A DNA stretch of 64,000 nucleotides, taken from the NCBI RefSeq assembly GCF_009914755.1, contig NC_060947.1, one strand, 5' to 3'. The notes under the pieces are model-generated. The model did no database searches, had not been told where the DNA came from, and saw only the letters and a program-made list of their open reading frames with translations. Of the stretch, positions 57,150-64,000 are shown piece after piece. Made by a program: the position numbers and the translations under genes. This DNA is from the human T2T-CHM13v2.0 reference genome, Homo sapiens. The stretch's first letter is position 1, and each line of letters starts with the position of its first letter.

Positions 57150-58186
57150 TTAATCATGCCTTGTCACTGGAAGGCCTCAATAAGTATCACCTAGAGGGTG
57201 AAAGAAAAATTGACTCATGCCATTTTCCAAGGCTTCTAAGTCAGCCTCCTTAGAAATTTGGATTCTATAGAGTATCGTCAAAGTGTCATCTGCAATCCAC
57301 TGAAGTCAACTGAAGTGCCTCCTGTTGGGAGATCCAGAAATGCAATGTTATCAAAGCAAATTATGTGCAATTCCATAGACTTTCATTTTCTAATGTATGA
57401 CTATGGGCTACAACTGGTAATTGACTGAGTTATTAAGAGTTACCAAACTAAAATTAGCACATTACTTGATTTTATCCATGACTCTAATTAGTTTTCTACT
57501 CAGACTCTGCTGCCAAACAACCCATGGCAATATCACAAGATACTTGCATCTCATGCCTACAGATACTTGGCATCTTCTAGACTGGAGGAAGGATGCTTGT
57601 TATCACAGCATCATCAGCATTGTCTTGACTGAGGGATGGTTTTGATTGTTGTTACTCTTAACTTTGATGATTTATATTTTATAATTGGTTTCATCATTAT
57701 CAATTTTGTTTACTGAGAGTCATTCAATGGACCTGAGGACAACAATAGTATCAATCATATTTTGGCCTATAATTTTCCAACGATTTGGTTTTAAGTTGTA
57801 TATGTATAACATGGTTCCAATGGGAATCATTCAAATTCTGATGGCTATAGTACACATGCACACAATCTCCCAAAATATTCTCATATTCTCACTATTGGCA
57901 CCCAGTGTTTGGTTTTTAGGGGGAAGGGGTGGGGTTGCTGGTTTGTTTGCTCACTACTGGAAAGTAAAGGTTGGTAGTAGAGATGAGAGAATGAATACAG
58001 TCTTTTTTTTTTCTGTCAAAGTAGACCATAGTAAAACATGCGTGCATACACTCACACACAACTAAGAATCACTAGGTAGCTAAATTTGAAATTAGATATC
58101 AATACTTCTCACTTGCCAGACCCTGAAGAAGTGAGTAAACTTCTCTGAACTTATCTGGGAAATCCAAACATCTACCTGGCCTCCTG

Positions 58187-58394
58187 TAGAAACAAACTTT
58201 CTTCGTAAAGAGTAATTTGGTAAACACACTGGGCTTTGGGAGCCCCAGGGTCTCTGTCACAACCACTCAACTCTGCTGTGATCATGTGAAAGCAGACATG
58301 GACAGTACAAAACAACTAGCATGACTATGTCCCAATAAAGTTTTATTTACAGAAACAGGTGACAGCTCCACTGACTGTAGTTTGCTGAACTCCG
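58187..58394. mobile_element. MER58-type hAT-Charlie
   Basis: caaacttttcttcgtaaag...ctcaactctgc...ccaataaagttttatttacagaaacagg...gtagtttgctga. Confidence 0.75.
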
Positions 58395-59454
58395 CCATAC
58401 ACCATTGTGAAAGTAACATGGCAAAATTCTAGTGATGATATTATTGCTATCATCATTATCATCATCATCATCAATGCCCTTCACTGCTTAGAAAGCACTC
58501 CCATTTGACCCTCCCAATCACAGAGGCAGGAGCAAACACTACTCAGGATGTTTTATAACTAAGGAAGGCAAGTTCACAAGAAGCTAAGGCTTCAGCCATG
58601 GGGTGGGTGGACGTAACTGAGAGCAGCCTTCAGCTCCCCTGACCATTAGGCGTCTCCTCTCTTCACTCAGAGAGCTTGGGAAGCCTCGGCCCATTGTACA
58701 TTTATTTGTAAGGGATAATTTTCATGTCATTACACTGTCCTCACTACTCCCAGAGAGAAGGTAAACCTTCTCATTGCTGGGGTAAAAAAATGCTATGGGA
58801 AAAATAGAAAAGCTTTTATTTATATTATTGTAAGCTTTTAAAAATGATTTTGCCTGAATAGGCTATATTCCTCTTTTCTGTCTGATTATTACCATTTTTA
58901 TTTCCCAGTTGTAAAAATATATGTTTGCCATTTGTTTGAAGAACAATGCAACTCTCTCCAATCCATCACATAGCTCTGCTCTTAGCAATTCTCACAGCTC
59001 ATCAGGAAAATGATTGCCTGATTAAACAGGCGTGACTAAGCCACAGCATCCTCAGAATGTGCATGGAGCCCTTGGCCCTGAGTGCATCTTACTCCAGCAA
59101 TGCCAAGCATCGCCTGACGCACAGTGCAAAGAGCAAGACCAAAGGGGAGTTTTCAAAAGAAGGAAATCATGTATTTTATGACCAGCAGCATTTGTAAAAG
59201 CTATTTTCCAAGTAATTATGTGAATTGATTTTGGGAAGGCAATATGATTCTTTCAGCTTGATGATTCAACGAAATGAAAACCTTCAGAGGGAGAAAAAAA
59301 ATGATCAGGTAATCTTTCTCCTGACCACGATTCATGCTGTGTTATCTCAGGCTCCAATGAAGTGCTTATTGTGCACAAAATGCCCTCTAATAATTTCTTT
59401 TAAAACATTCATTGTCAAATTAGCAAAGCAGCAGTCGACAGTTGAGTCTTACAA

Positions 59455-59600
59455 CCTAGAGTTCAATACTGAGAAGTGGGGTTGAGTCGAATCCTATCTC
59501 TGCTCACTGTGACTTCAGATGCAAGCTACTTATATTCTAAGACTCAGTTTCTCCATCTGTTAAATGGGACAAAATAGAAACTGCCTTGTGTGGTTAACGT
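59455..59600 (+). mobile_element. MIR SINE
   Basis: ctcagtttctccatctgttaaatggg core. Confidence 0.65.
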
Positions 59601-59611
59601 ATAGATATGCA

Positions 59612-60205
59612 GTTGACCCTGAGAGAGGAGAGGGCTGGAGAGTGAGTTAATAATCAATCATGGTTACATGACGAAGCCTCCCTACAAATCCCTAAACTAA
59701 AGGGTTGGGAGAGCTTCCAGGCTAGTGAAGTCATGGAAGAGCTGGGAGAGCGGCACTCCTGGAGAGAGCATGAAGCTCCACACCCCTCCCCAACACCTCG
59801 CCCTGCGCGTCTCTTCCATCTGACTTTTTATCTGTATCCCTTGTTAATAACCTTTATTATAAACCAGTAAACATAAGTAAATGTTTCCCTGAGTGTTGTG
59901 AGCCATTATACCAAATTATCAAACATGAGGAGGTGATTGGAGGAACCTCTAATTTATAGCCAGTGGGTCAGAAGCACAGGTGACAACCTGGAGCTTGTAA
60001 TTGTCATCTGATGTCGGGGAAAGTCTTGTGGAATTCAACCCTTAACCTGTGGGGTCTGTGCCAACTATGGGAAGTTAGTGTCATAATAGAGTAAGTAATA
60101 GAACACCCATTGGTGTCCACCAAGAATTGGAGAATTGGTTGGTGCGGGGAAAAAACCCACACATTGGTATCAGAAGTTGTATGAGTGTCAAGAAAACAGT
60201 ATTCT
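59612..60205 (+). mobile_element. MER21-type LTR, 3' portion
   Basis: ggagagcttccaggct...ctcttccatctg...aaccagtaaacataagtaaatgtttccctgag...ggtcagaagcacaggtgacaacctgg...acccacacattggtatcagaag. Confidence 0.85.
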
Positions 60206-60790
60206 TCTTTTACTGTCAATTCTCTGAACTGTCCATCCACTTTCTCCTTGAATTCCTGCAATCTGATGTCATCAAAGAATTGTCTTGATACTCATTTTGT
60301 TCAGAACCACTCATACTTTTTGTCACTAACCAACTTACCTTGCTATCTTACTGGTTTTGAACTCTGAGCATTTCTTGTCAGCTGAGTCCTGCTGCTATGT
60401 CTGAATGTATCCCCCAAAATTCATAGGCTGGAAACTTAATCCCCAATGCAACAGTGTCGGGGGCGGGGGGGGGGGAACTTTTGGGAGGTGTTTAGGTCTT
60501 GGGGGCTCCATCCTCATGAGTGGATTAATGCTGCTATGAAAAGGGCTTTGGCTAAAGCAATTGTGACAAAAACAAAAATTAACAAATGGGACCTAATTAA
60601 ACTAAAGAGCTTCTACACAGCAAAAGAAACGATCCACAAAGTTAACAGACAATCTACAGAATGGAATAAAATATTTGCTATGCATCCGGCAAAAGTCTAA
60701 TATCCAGAATCTTTAAAGAACCTAAACATATTAACAAGCAAAAAACAAACAACCCCATTAAAAAATGGACAAAGGACATGAACACTTCTA

Positions 60791-61324
<534 letters not shown>

Positions 61325-61681
61325 TTAGTTCAGCCATTGTGAAAAGCAGAGTGGCAATTTCTCAAAGAACTTAAAACAGAATTACCATTTGACCCAGGAA
61401 TCCCATTATTGGGTATATTTCCAAAGGAATACAAATCATTCTACCATAAAGACACATGCATGTGTATGTTCATTGCAGCACTATTCACAATAGCAAAGAC
61501 ATGGAATTAACCTAAATGCCCATCAACAGTAGACTGGATAAAGAAAATATACACCATGGAATATTATAAAACCATAAAAAAGAATGAGATCATGTCCTTT
61601 GCAGCAACATGGTTGGAGCTGGAGGCCATTATTCTAAGTGAACTAACCCAGGAACAGAAAACCAAATACTGCATGTTCTCA

Positions 61682-62059
<378 letters not shown>

Positions 62060-62654
62060 CTACTTGAGGGTGGAAGATGAGAGGAGAGAGAGGATTGAAA
62101 AACTACCTATCAGATAGTATGTTTATTATCTGGGCAATGAAGTAATTTTGTATACCAACCCCCCATGACACGCAATTTACCTATATAACAAACTTGCACT
62201 TGTACCCCTGAACCTAAACTAAAAGTAAAAAAAAGAAAAGAAATCACGCCTGAAAAAGGGGGCTGCTTTGGGGAGTGGGTTCACTCTTCCACTCTCTGCC
62301 ATATGAAGACAGACTTCCTCTCTTGCCTTTCCACCTTCCATCGTGTGATGACACACTAAGAAGGCCCACACAAGATGCCAACACCTTGATCTTGGACTTC
62401 CCAGCCTCCAGAACTGTAAGAAATAAATTTTTGCTCTTTATAAACTACCCAGCCTGTGGTATCCTGTTATAGGAGCACCAAACAGACTAAAACACCAGCC
62501 TTAAAATATATTTGTCATTCATTTATCCATCCTACTCAGGTTTTTTAATAAGGAATTTTTTGATATCTAGTGCATTATATTGCCAAAACTAAAACCAAAA
62601 TCAAGTCAAATAAGAAATTAAAATGTCTCTACTAATGACCCATCTGCTTTCTGA

Positions 62655-63318
<664 letters not shown>

Positions 63319-63693
63319 TATTCATATGCAATATTATCAATAATATGTCATTAATATTAATATTAATTAATGTGCAATATATTCTAACCTGAGAGGTCAA
63401 ACGGTACAACTTAGCACTATAGCACTGCGTATATTACTGTCCTATTATTCCATGTTTTTCCAAATTCACTTCACAATCATTTTGTTTCTTAACTCACCTC
63501 GCATAGCATGAGGCACAGAGCAGGGACTCAATAATATTCATGTGCTGTGACCAAAGGGAAAATGTCAGTTCCATGCTTTTAGAAAATTTGGTCAAAAGAC
63601 TCAGTGTGTGTACATTGACAGAGACAACTCGGTCAGTGGGCATAGGAGTGTGAGAACATTCAGATTAGTTGTTTGATTAAAACTAAATCTGCT

Positions 63694-63999
<306 letters not shown>

Positions 64000-64000
64000 G

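Noticed and set aside
60331-60345. Perfect minus-strand donor AAG|GTAAGT (similar isolated donors near 45607 and 25093)
   Set aside because: No convincing upstream acceptor; such 9-mers occur by chance in 64 kb.
63345-63372. AT-only quasi-palindrome (cattaatattaatattaattaatg)
   Set aside because: Low-complexity AT sequence is self-complementary by chance.

Overview
Primate (human-like) non-coding nuclear DNA: CpG-depleted, without a CpG island and without a recognisable protein-coding exon. Roughly half of the window is interspersed repeats: about 23 Alu copies or fragments, many old L1 3' fragments (mostly + strand), L2, MIR and L3/CR1 relics, MaLR/ERV solo LTRs (MLT1, MLT2, MST, MER57, MER21, LTR16-like, LTR47-like) and hAT DNA transposons (five MER20, two MER58, MER5A, MER33-like). 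The ORFs in the track are repeat-derived or chance ORFs. The only RNA-gene-like feature is a full-length retroposed 5S rRNA pseudogene (20853-20973) with an A-rich tail and target-site duplication. The most interesting signals are: (i) two short locally templated duplications pasted into old L1 fossils; (ii) several well-formed minus-strand splice-site pairs (31622-31887, 49834-49941, 63498-63544) that could be exons of a non-coding transcript; (iii) nested Alu/TSD/microsatellite structures; (iv) candidate enhancers. I found no convincing evidence of a new biological system and could not identify the locus. Repeat subfamily names and most repeat boundaries come from visual recognition and are approximate.
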